In this document: one piece after another, positions 40,482 to 49,816 of the stretch
Numbering within the stretch: the first letter of the stretch is position 1
How the letters are laid out: the number at the start of each line of letters is the position of its first letter
Source of the DNA: an uncultured Actinomycetes bacterium
GTDB lineage: Bacteria > Actinomycetota > Thermoleophilia > Gaiellales > JAICJC01
NCBI GenBank assembly: GCA_963731515.1
Contig: CAVSVU010000018.1
Coordinates: forward strand, 114,424-178,423
Direction: 5' to 3'
DNA: 64,000 nucleotides
Position numbers and translations under genes: made by a program
The notes under the pieces: generated by a model
Seen by the model: only the letters and a program-made list of their open reading frames with translations
What the model was told of the DNA's origin: nothing
Databases searched by the model: none

Positions 40482-41521
40482 GCGCGACGGAGTTCCTGTA
40501 CCTGTCCCAGGAGGACGTCGTCGCCGCCGGCGGCTCGGACATGGCGGCGATGGTGGAGGTGATCGAGCGCGCGTTCGCCGTCAAGGCGGCGGGCGAGGTG
40601 CGGATGCCGCCGAAGGTGATGATCACCTGGGCGGACGAGCCCGGCACCGAGGAGCTGCACGGCCGGATCATGGCGATGCCCGCGTACATCGGCGGCGAGT
40701 TCGACGTCGCCGGGCTCAAGTGGATCCCGAGCGTCCCGGACAACCCCGCCCGCAACGGCCTGCCGCGGGCGAACGCCCTCGTGCTCCTGACCGACCGCGG
40801 GACGGGCCTACCGCTGGCGGTGATGGACGGGACGGTGGTCTCGGCCATGCGGACGGGTGCGGCGACGGGCGTCGCCCTGCGCCACCTGGCCGACCCGGCA
40901 GCCGAGGTCGCCTGCCTGCTGGGAGCGGGCGTCCTCGCCCACACGCAGCTGGCCGCGCTGCGCGTCGTCCTGCCCGGGCTGCGCGAGGTGCGGGTGTTCG
41001 ACCCGGCCACGGAGCGGTGCCGGCGGTTCTGCGAGCGCGCCCGTGCCCGGGGCGGCCGGGACGTCCGTCCCGCGGCGTCCGCCGAGGAGGCCGTTCGCGG
41101 AGCCGGGGTCGTCGTGCCGGCGACGATGGCGGTCGAGCCCAGCTTCGCCGCGGAGTGGGTGGCCGCCGGCGCCACGGTCGTGCTCGTGTCGAGCCTGGAC
41201 GCGCCACTCGACCTGCAGGCGGTCACGGAGCTCCTGGTGGTGGACGACTGGGAGCACGAGTCGACCCACGCCGGCCGCTATGCCGAGCGGCTGGTGGCAG
41301 CCGGGCTCGTCCCCGCCGACGGCTCGCGGGCCGTGGAGCTCGCCGACGTCGTCGCCGGGCGCCATCCCGGGCGCACGGGCGCCGGGCAGCGGATCGTCGT
41401 CTCGGCCGTGGGCCTGGCGATGGACGACGTGGCCGCCGCCTGGCACGTGCTGGCGGGCGCCCGCGCCCGCGGCCTGGGCACGCCGCTGCGGCTGCGGACC
41501 GGGCCGCCGGTGTGGGAGTGA
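40478..41521 (+). CDS. Ornithine cyclodeaminase/mu-crystallin family protein (SbnB-like)
   Basis: 'RIMAMPAY', 'GLKWIPSVPDNP..GLPRA', 'SAMRTGA', 'GAGVLA'. Confidence 0.85.
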   Translation: MSATEFLYLSQEDVVAAGGSDMAAMVEVIERAFAVKAAGEVRMPPKVMITWADEPGTEELHGRIMAMPAYIGGEFDVAGLKWIPSVPDNPARNGLPRANALVLLTDRGTGLPLAVMDGTVVSAMRTGAATGVALRHLADPAAEVACLLGAGVLAHTQLAALRVVLPGLREVRVFDPATERCRRFCERARARGGRDVRPAASAEEAVRGAGVVVPATMAVEPSFAAEWVAAGATVVLVSSLDAPLDLQAVTELLVVDDWEHESTHAGRYAERLVAAGLVPADGSRAVELADVVAGRHPGRTGAGQRIVVSAVGLAMDDVAAAWHVLAGARARGLGTPLRLRTGPPVWE

Positions 41522-41575
41522 TCCGGATGGTGGTTCCCTTTGCCCCCGTCCCGGTGCTCCCATAAGATGCGCTCG

Positions 41576-42617
41576 GTGTCGGCGTTTGCAAAAGTCGGGA
41601 TCTGCACGCTGATCGCGGGCGCGATCGGCGCTGTCCTCGCAGCATGGTGGCTCCCCGACTGGTTCCCGCCCGCCGCCGGCGTCGAGGCACACCGCCAGGA
41701 CACGCTCTATCTGTGGCTGCTCGTCGTCAGCTCCCTGATCTTCGCGGTCGTCGTCGGCTTCCTGGGCTACTCGATGTGGAAGTTCCGGGCGCGGCCCGGC
41801 GACATGTCAGACGGCGCGCCGATCCACGGCCACACCGGTCTCGAGATCATCTGGACGGTGATCCCGATCGTCATCGTGCTCGGCTTCGCCGTCGCGGCCA
41901 CGATCGTGCTCAACCGCAACGAGGACCTGAAGAAGGGCCACATGGTGGTGAACGTGACCGGCAAGCAGTTCGCATGGTCGTTCACCTATCCGAAGCGCGG
42001 CCATCTGCACACCGGCATCCTGGCGCTCCCCGCCGGGCGCCAGGTCGAGTTCCGCCTGCACGCGCCGCCGACCGACGTCATCCACAGCTTCAAGATCCCG
42101 GCGCTCCGCGTCGGCGAGGACGTCGTCCCCGGCACGCCCACGACCGTCGTCGCCACCCCGACCCGGGTCGGCACCTACGTGATCGTGTGCGCGGAGCTCT
42201 GCGGCATCGGCCACAGCCAGATGCGCAACATCCTCGTCGTCATGAAACCCGCCGAACTGGAACCGCTGGCTGGCCCAGCAGAAGAAGCTCGCCAAGGCCC
42301 CGCCGCCGGCGCCGTCCGGCGGGACGACCGACGCGGCCGCGACGTTCAAGTCGGCCGGCTGCAGCGGCTGCCACACCTTCAAGCCCGACGGCGCCACCGG
42401 CACCGTCGGCCCCGACCTCGACGACCTGACCGCGTCGGCCGCCAAGTTCGGGCAGGGCGAGACGGCCGCCCAGTACGTGCGCGAGTCGATCGTCGACCCG
42501 GGTAAGGTCGTCGTCAGCGGGTACCAGAACGGCGTCATGCCCACCACGTTCGGCACCTCACTGACATCCGCGCAGATCAGCGCGCTCGTGTCCTACCTCC
42601 TGAAAGGCGGCGGCTGA
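41576..42617 (+). CDS. ctaC: Cytochrome c oxidase subunit II with fused C-terminal cytochrome c (caa3-type; apparent +1 frameshift near 42255)
   Basis: 'LEIIWT', 'DVIHSF', CuA 'CAELCGIGHSQM'. After frame correction, 'CSGCH...YVRESIVDP...VMP'. Confidence 0.88.
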
Positions 42618-45037
42618 TGGTTGCACATGCCTCCGAGCTTCACGGCCACGAACTCCACGCGGAAGGTCACGGAGGCGGGCCGAAACGGAGCGTATGGCTG
42701 CGCGGCAGCTGGGTGCGGGCGTTCTGGGTCTCGGCCGTCATGGGGCTCGGCGCCGCCGGGCTGGTGATGGCGATCCGCCACCAGACCGGCTTTTCCCCCG
42801 CCTACGACGAGGGCGTCGTGGACACGTTCCTGCTCGCGTTCGCCGGCCTCGGCTTCACGATCGGGATCGGCTGCTGGGACTACTGGTGGGGCTACCTGAT
42901 CGGCAACCCCACGCCGACGCACGAGGACCACTCCAACCACGGCGCCTACTCGTGGCGGGACTACTTCAAGGTCAACACCGACCACAAGGTGATCGGCGTC
43001 CAGTACCTCGTGACGACGTTCATCTTCTTCATCATCGGGGGCATGCTGGCAGAGGGCGTGCGCGCCGAGCTGGCGACGCCGGGCCTGCAGTACTTCTCGC
43101 CCGCCACCTACAACGCGCTCTTCTCGGTGCACGCGGCGCTGATGATCTTCCTGTTCGTGATCCCCGCGTTCGCCGGCCTGGGCAACTTCGTCATCCCGAT
43201 CATGATCGGCGCGCAGGACATGGCCTTCCCGCGCCTGAACGCGCTCTCGTTCTGGATGCTGCCGGTGGCGGGCATGTGCATGGTGTCGTCGTTCCTGGTG
43301 GGGCCGTTCGACGCCGGCTGGACGAACTACGCCAGCCTCTCCGTGCACGGGCCTCCCGGCCAGACGTTCTGGGTCATGGGCGTGCAGTTCGCCGGCGCGT
43401 CGTCGATCGCGACGGCCGTCAACTTCCTCGTCACCATCGTGACCATGCGGGCGCCGGGCATGAGCTTCTGGCGGATGCCGCTGCTCGTGTGGGCCAACCT
43501 GGCCACCTCGACGCTGGTGGTGCTGGGCACGCCGTTCATCGCGGGCGCGCAGTTCCAGGTGCTGTTCGACCGGATCATGGGCATGCACTTCTTCGACCCG
43601 ACCCACGGCGGCAACATCATCGTGTACCAGCACGTGTTCTGGTTCTACTCCCACCCGGCCGTGTACATCATGATGCTGCCCGGGTTCGGGATCATCTCCG
43701 AGGTGCTCGCGATCCACTCGCGCAAGCCGATCTTCGGCTACAAGCTGATCGCGATCTCGACCGTGGCGATCGGCGTGCTCGGCTTCACCGTGTGGGCGCA
43801 CCACATGTTCACGTCGGGGATGGCCCCATGGCTGCGGGTGCCCATGATGTTCACCACCATGGCGATCGCCGTGCCGACCGGGATCAAGATCTTCTCCTGG
43901 GTGGCGACGCTGTGGCGGGGGGTGATCCACCTGACGACGCCCATGCTGTTCGCCTGCGGATTCCTGTTCACGTTCGTGATCGGCGGCCTGTCGGGCATCT
44001 TCCTGGCCGTCATCCCCGTGGACATCAACCTGACGGACACCTACTTCGTCGTCGCGCACATCCACTACGTGCTGTTCGGCGGGTCGGTGTTCACGATCTA
44101 CGCGGGCATCTACCACTGGTATCCGAAGATGACCGGGCGGATGTACGACGAGAGCCTCGGCAAGCTGCACTTCTGGCTCACGTTCGTCTTCTTCAACGCG
44201 ACCTTCATGCCCATGCACTGGCTGGGAATGGAGGGGATGATGCGGCGGATCGCGGACTACCCGCAGAAGTGGGCCGACCTGAACTTCGTCATCTCGATCT
44301 TCGCGTTCGCGCTCGGGGCCTCCACGCTCGTGTTCCTCTACAACATGGCGCACAGCTGGTGGAAGGGCGCCCCGGCGCCGGCGAACCCCTGGCGGGCGCT
44401 CACGCTCGAGTGGCAGATCACGTCGCCGCCGCCGATCTTCAACTTCGACGAGCCGCCGCAGATCGTCGGCAGCCCCTACGCCTACGGCGTCCCCGGCGCT
44501 CGCCACGCCATCGTGACGGTGCACGTGCCGCCCGCGCCGGAGGAGATCCCCGTGCCGGTCGCGCTGGCCCAGGCCACGCCCACCCAGAGGGAGGCGATCA
44601 TGAGCGCGCTGAAGCACATCCTGGTGGTCGCCAACCAGACGGTCGCGGGCGAGGGCCTGATCGCGGCCGTGCGCAGCCGCGCTGCCACCGACCCGGTCCG
44701 GGTGACCGTCATCTGCCCGCAGAACGACCCGTCCGACACGTGGGTCGTCGACGAGGCCGCCGTGGCGGCCGCGACGCGGGCGCGGCTCGACGCCACATTG
44801 ACCGCGCTGCGGTCGGCCGGCATCGAGGCCACCGGGTACGTCGTCGACCGCGACCCGTTCACGGCCGTGCTCGACGTCGTCGAGTCCGACCCGCCCGCCG
44901 AGATCATCGTCTCGACGCTCCCGCGCACGCGGTCGGGCTGGATGCGGCGTGACCTGGTCGAGCGGCTGCGCGACCGGACGCAGCTGCCGGTCGAGCACGT
45001 GGTCGTCGACGAGCCGTCGGAGTCCACGCGCGCGTGA
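42617..45037 (+). CDS. ctaD: Cytochrome c oxidase subunit I (A2-type YSHP), as read fused to a C-terminal USP-like domain (44600-45037)
   Basis: 'TDHKVIG', 'DMAFPRLN', 'FWFYSHPAVY', 'VWAHHM', 'VAHIHY', 'MMRR'. C-terminal 'HILVVANQT...IIVSTLP...VEHVVV'. Confidence 0.93.
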   Translation: MVAHASELHGHELHAEGHGGGPKRSVWLRGSWVRAFWVSAVMGLGAAGLVMAIRHQTGFSPAYDEGVVDTFLLAFAGLGFTIGIGCWDYWWGYLIGNPTPTHEDHSNHGAYSWRDYFKVNTDHKVIGVQYLVTTFIFFIIGGMLAEGVRAELATPGLQYFSPATYNALFSVHAALMIFLFVIPAFAGLGNFVIPIMIGAQDMAFPRLNALSFWMLPVAGMCMVSSFLVGPFDAGWTNYASLSVHGPPGQTFWVMGVQFAGASSIATAVNFLVTIVTMRAPGMSFWRMPLLVWANLATSTLVVLGTPFIAGAQFQVLFDRIMGMHFFDPTHGGNIIVYQHVFWFYSHPAVYIMMLPGFGIISEVLAIHSRKPIFGYKLIAISTVAIGVLGFTVWAHHMFTSGMAPWLRVPMMFTTMAIAVPTGIKIFSWVATLWRGVIHLTTPMLFACGFLFTFVIGGLSGIFLAVIPVDINLTDTYFVVAHIHYVLFGGSVFTIYAGIYHWYPKMTGRMYDESLGKLHFWLTFVFFNATFMPMHWLGMEGMMRRIADYPQKWADLNFVISIFAFALGASTLVFLYNMAHSWWKGAPAPANPWRALTLEWQITSPPPIFNFDEPPQIVGSPYAYGVPGARHAIVTVHVPPAPEEIPVPVALAQATPTQREAIMSALKHILVVANQTVAGEGLIAAVRSRAATDPVRVTVICPQNDPSDTWVVDEAAVAAATRARLDATLTALRSAGIEATGYVVDRDPFTAVLDVVESDPPAEIIVSTLPRTRSGWMRRDLVERLRDRTQLPVEHVVVDEPSESTRA

Positions 45038-45063
45038 CCAACGCTCGCCGTCCGGCTCGCGTT

Positions 45064-45134
45064 CGTGGGGGAAACCAGGTTTCCCCCACGGCCCCCCTTC
45101 TTCTGAAAGCGTGGGGAACCTCCCGGTTCCCCAC
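45064..45134. repeat. Tandem REP-like hairpins between ctaD and ctaE
   Basis: CGTGGGGGAAACC-A-GGTTTCCCCCACG (45064-45090) and GTGGGGAACC-TCCC-GGTTCCCCAC (45111-45134). Confidence 0.7.
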
Positions 45135-45170
45135 ACCCCTCCCCGCTCCCGCAGCGACTGGAGTCACCGC

Positions 45171-45788
45171 GTGAGCGCCCACGCGGCCACGATCGACGGG
45201 CACGGGAACGGCGGCGAGGCCGCCCCGGTCTCGGCGTACCACGACAGCCTGCTGCGATCGCCGCTGTTCCTGGGCATGATCATGTTCCTGGGGTCGGAGA
45301 TCATGCTGTTCGGGTCGTTCTTCACGGTCTTCTTCTACCTGCGCTTCACGCACAGCCCGTGGCCGCCGACCGGCATCGACGTGCCCAAGACGCCGACCGG
45401 GATCAACACGACGATCCTGATCTCGTCGTCGTTCACGATGCACTGGGCGCTCGTGTCGGTCAAGCGCAACCGCCGCTTCGGACTCGTCTGCGGCCTGGCG
45501 CTGACGCTCCTCATGGGGCTCACGTTCCTGGCCCTGCAGGTGCACGAGTACCTGCACCTCGGCTTCACGCCGTCGACCGACGCCTTCACGTCGGGGTTCT
45601 TCTCGCTCACGGGCCTGCACGGCTTCCACGTGTTCGTGGGCGCCACCCTGCTCACGATCGCGCTCACCCGCTCGATCCGCGGCCACTACTCCGCCGGCGA
45701 ACATATCGGCCTCGAGGTCACCGGCCTCTACTGGCACTTCGTCGACGTCGTCTGGATCGTGCTCTACACCGTCGTCTACCTCCTCTAG
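45171..45788 (+). CDS. ctaE: Cytochrome c oxidase subunit III
   Basis: 'FLGSEIMLFGSFF', 'NTTILISSS', 'TGLHGFHV', 'YWHFVDVVW'. Confidence 0.93.
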   Translation: MSAHAATIDGHGNGGEAAPVSAYHDSLLRSPLFLGMIMFLGSEIMLFGSFFTVFFYLRFTHSPWPPTGIDVPKTPTGINTTILISSSFTMHWALVSVKRNRRFGLVCGLALTLLMGLTFLALQVHEYLHLGFTPSTDAFTSGFFSLTGLHGFHVFVGATLLTIALTRSIRGHYSAGEHIGLEVTGLYWHFVDVVWIVLYTVVYLL

Positions 45789-47020
45789 TGCGACGTCCCC
45801 TTCAGGACTCGGGCGTGCGCCCCGGGCCGTGGCTCCGGCTCACGGCTGTGGGCGCGTCCGTGGCCACGGCCCTGGTCGTGGCCAGCGGCGCCCTGCATTT
45901 CGGCGGCGCCCACCGCGCGCTCGCCCTGGTCGCGCTCGCGCCGATGCTGGCGATGGCCCTGGCGGCCTGGTTCGCCCATCCGCACCTGCGCCTGCCGTGG
46001 ATCGGCGCGCTCGCCCTCCTCCTCGCCGAGATCGCCCTGGGCGGCGTGGTCGCGCTGGCGTCCCCCATCCCGGCCCTACACTGGCTCCACGTCGGCGTGG
46101 CCGCGCTGGCGCTGGCAGCTGCGGTGGCGGGCACGGCCGCGACGCTCCGGGGGGAGCCCGTCCCGGCGGCCCCGTGGCGGGACTACCTGACGCTGACCAA
46201 GCCGCGGGTGATGTCGCTGCTGCTCTGGACGGGGGCCTGCGGGATGTTCGTCGGCGAGCAGGGCGTGCCGCCGGCCGGCAGGTTCGCCGCCGCGATGATC
46301 GGGCTCGCCCTCGCCTGCGGCGGCGCCAGCGCCCTCAACCACCTGCTCGACCGCGACATCGACCAGGAGATGACGCGGACGGCCGCACGCCCGGTCGCGT
46401 CGGGCCGCGTGGCCGCGCCGCGGGCGCTCGAGTTCGGGCTCGCCCTCTCGGCCGCGTCGTTCGTGCTCCTGTCGACCCTCGTGAACCCGCTGACGGCAGC
46501 GGTGGCCCTGGCGGGGAACCTGTTCTACGTGCTCGTCTACACCCGCTGGCTGAAGCGCTCGACCGTGCAGAACATCGTCATCGGCGGAGCCGCCGGCGCC
46601 GTGCCGCCGCTCGTCGGGTGGGCGGCCGCGACCGGGCGCCTCTCGGTGGGCGCGCTCGTGCTCTTCGTGATCGTGTTCGTGTGGACGCCGCCCCACTTCT
46701 GGGCGCTGGCCATGCTGATCAAGCGCGACTACGCGGCGGCCGGCGTGCCGATGCTGCCCGTCGTGCGCGGCGACCAGGCGGCGGCCCGCCAGATCCTGGC
46801 CTACTCGCTGGGGCTGGTTGCCGTCACCGCGCTCCCGGCCGCCGCCGGCATCGTCGGGCCGCTCTACCTCGCCGTCGCAGCCGTCGCCGGTGCCTGGTTC
46901 GTGTGGCTGGCCTGGCGGCTCGAGCGCGACCCGGTGCCGCGGCGGGCCGGGGCGCTCTTCCACTACTCGATGGTGTACCTGGCCGTGCTGTTCGTCGCCA
47001 TGGCCGCCGCGGCAGCCTGA
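45788..47020 (+). CDS. ctaB: Heme o synthase (protoheme IX farnesyltransferase) with N-terminal 4-TM CtaA-like extension
   Basis: 'LTKPRVMSLL', 'DRDIDQEMTRTAARP', 'NIVIGGAAGA', 'WTPPHFWAL'. Start may instead be GTG 45815. Confidence 0.9.
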   Translation: MRRPLQDSGVRPGPWLRLTAVGASVATALVVASGALHFGGAHRALALVALAPMLAMALAAWFAHPHLRLPWIGALALLLAEIALGGVVALASPIPALHWLHVGVAALALAAAVAGTAATLRGEPVPAAPWRDYLTLTKPRVMSLLLWTGACGMFVGEQGVPPAGRFAAAMIGLALACGGASALNHLLDRDIDQEMTRTAARPVASGRVAAPRALEFGLALSAASFVLLSTLVNPLTAAVALAGNLFYVLVYTRWLKRSTVQNIVIGGAAGAVPPLVGWAAATGRLSVGALVLFVIVFVWTPPHFWALAMLIKRDYAAAGVPMLPVVRGDQAAARQILAYSLGLVAVTALPAAAGIVGPLYLAVAAVAGAWFVWLAWRLERDPVPRRAGALFHYSMVYLAVLFVAMAAAAA

Positions 47021-47027
47021 CCGGCGC

Positions 47028-47249
47028 CTACTCCGCCAGGTCGCGGTACTCCCTGACGGCGTCGCGGATCCACTGCGCGCCGAAGATGATCGCCACCATG
47101 CCGCCGATCGACACGAGCGCGAGCCGCCAGATGCGCGCGTCGGGCACGAGCCCCGCCAGCACGAGCGCGATCCCGATCGAGGTCGCGAACGGGAGCGCCG
47201 ACGGCGCCGGCAGGTGGAAGCCGCCGCTGGTGTTGTCCTGATCAGCCAT
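47028..47249 (-). CDS. Small 2-TM protein, cytochrome c oxidase subunit IV (CtaF)-like
   Basis: 'FHLPAPSALP' followed by two TM helices, last gene of the second oxidase operon. Confidence 0.65.
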   Translation of the reverse strand: MADQDNTSGGFHLPAPSALPFATSIGIALVLAGLVPDARIWRLALVSIGGMVAIIFGAQWIRDAVREYRDLAE

Positions 47250-47358
47250 ATCGCACCAGCACTCCGACGAGCAGGGTCGCGGCGAACATCAGCAGCGAGA
47301 AGATGCCCAGCTTGAGACCGAGGACGAGGTTGCGCCGTGCGGTGGGCTTGTCGAGCAT
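47242..47358 (-). CDS. 38-aa single-TM protein, possible accessory oxidase subunit
   Basis: MLDKPTARRNLVLGLKLGIFSLLMFAATLLVGVLVRYG. ATG 5 nt after the ctaD-2 stop, own stop overlaps the next gene. Absent from the ORF track. Confidence 0.65.
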   Translation of the reverse strand: MLDKPTARRNLVLGLKLGIFSLLMFAATLLVGVLVRYG

Positions 47359-47363
47359 CGGCG

Positions 47364-49001
47364 TCAGTCTCCCGCGGCCGCGGCGGCCGCCTCACGGCGC
47401 AGATCGTACAGCGGCCGCTCGCTGCGGATCGGCGGCAGGTCGTCGAAGTTGTGCGGCGGCGGCGGCGAGCTCGTGTACCACTCGAGGCTGTTCGCGCCCC
47501 AGGGATCGGCGGGCGCGATCCGGCCCACCCGCAGCGAGTGGAGGCAGTTCCAGAGCACCATCAGGATGCCGGTGGCGAGCACGAACGCGCCGATCGTCGA
47601 GATCAGGTTGGCCGTGTCCCAGGCGTGGTTCGTGTACGTGCTGACGCGGCGGGGCATGCCCGAGAGGCCGAGGTCGTGCATGGGGAAGAACGTCATGTTG
47701 AACCCGACGAAGATGATCCAGAAGGCCCGGATCGCGAGCGCCCGGTCGAGCATCCGCCCGCTCATCTTCGGATACCAGAAGTGGACGCCGCCGAGCACGG
47801 CGAACACGGGCACCGTGCCGAGCACGTAGTGGAAGTGGGCGACCACGAAGTAGCTGTCGGTCACGTACAGGTCGATCGGGAAGGCCGCCAGGAAGATGCC
47901 CGAGAGCCCGCCGATCATGAACAGCCCGATGAACGAGACCGCGTACAGCATCGGCGGCTCGAACCGGATCCGGCCCATCCACATCGTGCCGATCCAGTTG
48001 AAGATCTTGACGCCGGTGGGGACGGCGATCGCCATCGACGCGATCATGAACCAGATCTGGAGCGGGGTCGAGAAGCCGACCGCGAACATGTGGTGGCCCC
48101 ACACCAGGAATCCCAGGAACGCGATCGCGACGATCGAGTAGACGAGCGCCTTGTAGCCGAACAGCGGCTTGCGCGAGAACACCGGGATGATCTCGGAGAT
48201 CATCCCGAACCCGGGCAGCGCCATCACGTACACGACCGGGTGCGAGTAGAACCAGAACAGGTGCTGGTAGAGGATCGGCCCGTGGGTGGCGGGCTGGTAG
48301 AAGCTCGTGCCGTAGTTGCGGTCGAGCAGCAGCATCGTCAGCGCCCCCGCCAGCACCGGGCCGGCGATCACGATCATCACGGCGTAGATGTCGATCGCCC
48401 ACGTGAAGAGCGGCATGCGCGTGAGCCGCATTCCCGGCGCCCGCATGTTGTGGATCGTGCAGATGAAGTTGATCGCGCCGATCAGCGACGAGATGCCGAG
48501 GATGTGCAGGCCGACGATCCACAGGTCGAGCCCGTGCCCGGGCGAGATGACCGAGAGGGGCGGGTAGGCCGTCCAGCCCGCGTCGGCGGCGCCTCCGCCC
48601 CAGACGAAGCTCGAGTACATCACGAGGCCGCCGAACAGGAGCAGCCAGTAGGAGGCGGCGTTCAGGCGCGGGAAGGCCATGTCGCGGGCACCGATCTGGA
48701 GCGGCACCAGGTAGTTCCCGAATGCGGCCATGACCGGCACGACGAACAGGAAGATCATCGTCGTCCCGTGCATCGTGAACAGGCGGTCGTAGGACTCCGC
48801 CGACACCACCTGGTTGTTCGCGTGCTCGAGCTGGAGCCGGATCGCGAGCGCCATCAGCCCGCCCACCGCGAAGAAGAAGAAGGTGGTGTAGAGGTACATG
48901 ATCCCGATCCGCTTGTGGTCGACCGTGGTCACCCACGACCACAGGCCGGAGGCGGGCCGGGCGGCGCCGGCGTGCGGAGCGGGTGTGGCTTCGGTCACCA
49001 T
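47364..49001 (-). CDS. ctaD: Second cytochrome c oxidase subunit I (A2-type YSHP)
   Basis: 'TVDHKRIG', 'HGTTMIF', 'FWFYSHPVVY', 'VWGHHM', 'VAHFHY', 'MPRR'. Confidence 0.95.
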   Translation of the reverse strand: MVTEATPAPHAGAARPASGLWSWVTTVDHKRIGIMYLYTTFFFFAVGGLMALAIRLQLEHANNQVVSAESYDRLFTMHGTTMIFLFVVPVMAAFGNYLVPLQIGARDMAFPRLNAASYWLLLFGGLVMYSSFVWGGGAADAGWTAYPPLSVISPGHGLDLWIVGLHILGISSLIGAINFICTIHNMRAPGMRLTRMPLFTWAIDIYAVMIVIAGPVLAGALTMLLLDRNYGTSFYQPATHGPILYQHLFWFYSHPVVYVMALPGFGMISEIIPVFSRKPLFGYKALVYSIVAIAFLGFLVWGHHMFAVGFSTPLQIWFMIASMAIAVPTGVKIFNWIGTMWMGRIRFEPPMLYAVSFIGLFMIGGLSGIFLAAFPIDLYVTDSYFVVAHFHYVLGTVPVFAVLGGVHFWYPKMSGRMLDRALAIRAFWIIFVGFNMTFFPMHDLGLSGMPRRVSTYTNHAWDTANLISTIGAFVLATGILMVLWNCLHSLRVGRIAPADPWGANSLEWYTSSPPPPHNFDDLPPIRSERPLYDLRREAAAAAAGD

Positions 49002-49005
49002 CGGG

Positions 49006-49755
49006 TCATGTCCTCTGGAGCTTCGCGGTGTAGGCGTTCCAGTCCGCCCGCGAGACCACCTTCACCGTGATGAGCATCGTGGCGTGGCCGATGCCGCAGA
49101 ACTCCGCGCACTGGCCCTTGAAGGTGCCGATCTGGTCCGCCTGGAACCAGGTCGTGTCGGTCTGGCCGGGAATCGCGTCGATCTTCGGGCCGAGCGCCGG
49201 CACCCACCAGTCGTGGTTGACGTCGATGGAGCGCACCTCGAGCTTCACCGGCGTGTCCACCGGCACCACCAGGGTGCTCGGGGTGCTCGGCGCCCTGCCG
49301 GAGGCTCCCGAGTTCGCGCCGTAGAGGTACGAGAACGAGAACTGCTGCGCCTTCACGTTGACGATGATCGAGTTCGACGGAGCGTCCTTCACGTTGCCGA
49401 TGTGGTCGAGCGTGTAGGCGGAGAGCGCCACCAGCACGAGCACGGGCGCGAGCGTCCAGCCCAGCTCCAGCCGGGTGGAGCCGTGCACCTGGGGCGGCTC
49501 GATATCCGGCTCGCCGGGGCGGACGCGGAACCGCAGCGCCGAGTAGAGCAACCAGCCGCCGACGAGCACGAAGATCGTCACCGTCACGCCGAGGACGGCC
49601 CGGTAGATGCTGTCCATCGCGTGCGACGCCGGCCCCGCGGGGTGCTGGAAGGTGGCCGTGTCCGCCGCCGCGGGCGCCGCCCCGAGCAAAAGCAACGTGA
49701 CCGCCGTGAACGCGGCCAGGACGAGCGGGCGCTGTCGGAGCGTGGGCACCTTCAC
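49006..49755 (-). CDS. ctaC: Second cytochrome c oxidase subunit II (no cytochrome c fusion)
   Basis: 'LELGWT', 'DVNHDWW', CuA 'CAEFCGIGHATM'. Confidence 0.92.
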   Translation of the reverse strand: MKVPTLRQRPLVLAAFTAVTLLLLGAAPAAADTATFQHPAGPASHAMDSIYRAVLGVTVTIFVLVGGWLLYSALRFRVRPGEPDIEPPQVHGSTRLELGWTLAPVLVLVALSAYTLDHIGNVKDAPSNSIIVNVKAQQFSFSYLYGANSGASGRAPSTPSTLVVPVDTPVKLEVRSIDVNHDWWVPALGPKIDAIPGQTDTTWFQADQIGTFKGQCAEFCGIGHATMLITVKVVSRADWNAYTAKLQRT

Positions 49756-49816
49756 GGGACGCGGCGCATTCTACAAGCGATTCCGGCCTGTCCCGCCGAC
49801 GACCGTCGAATCGTGT

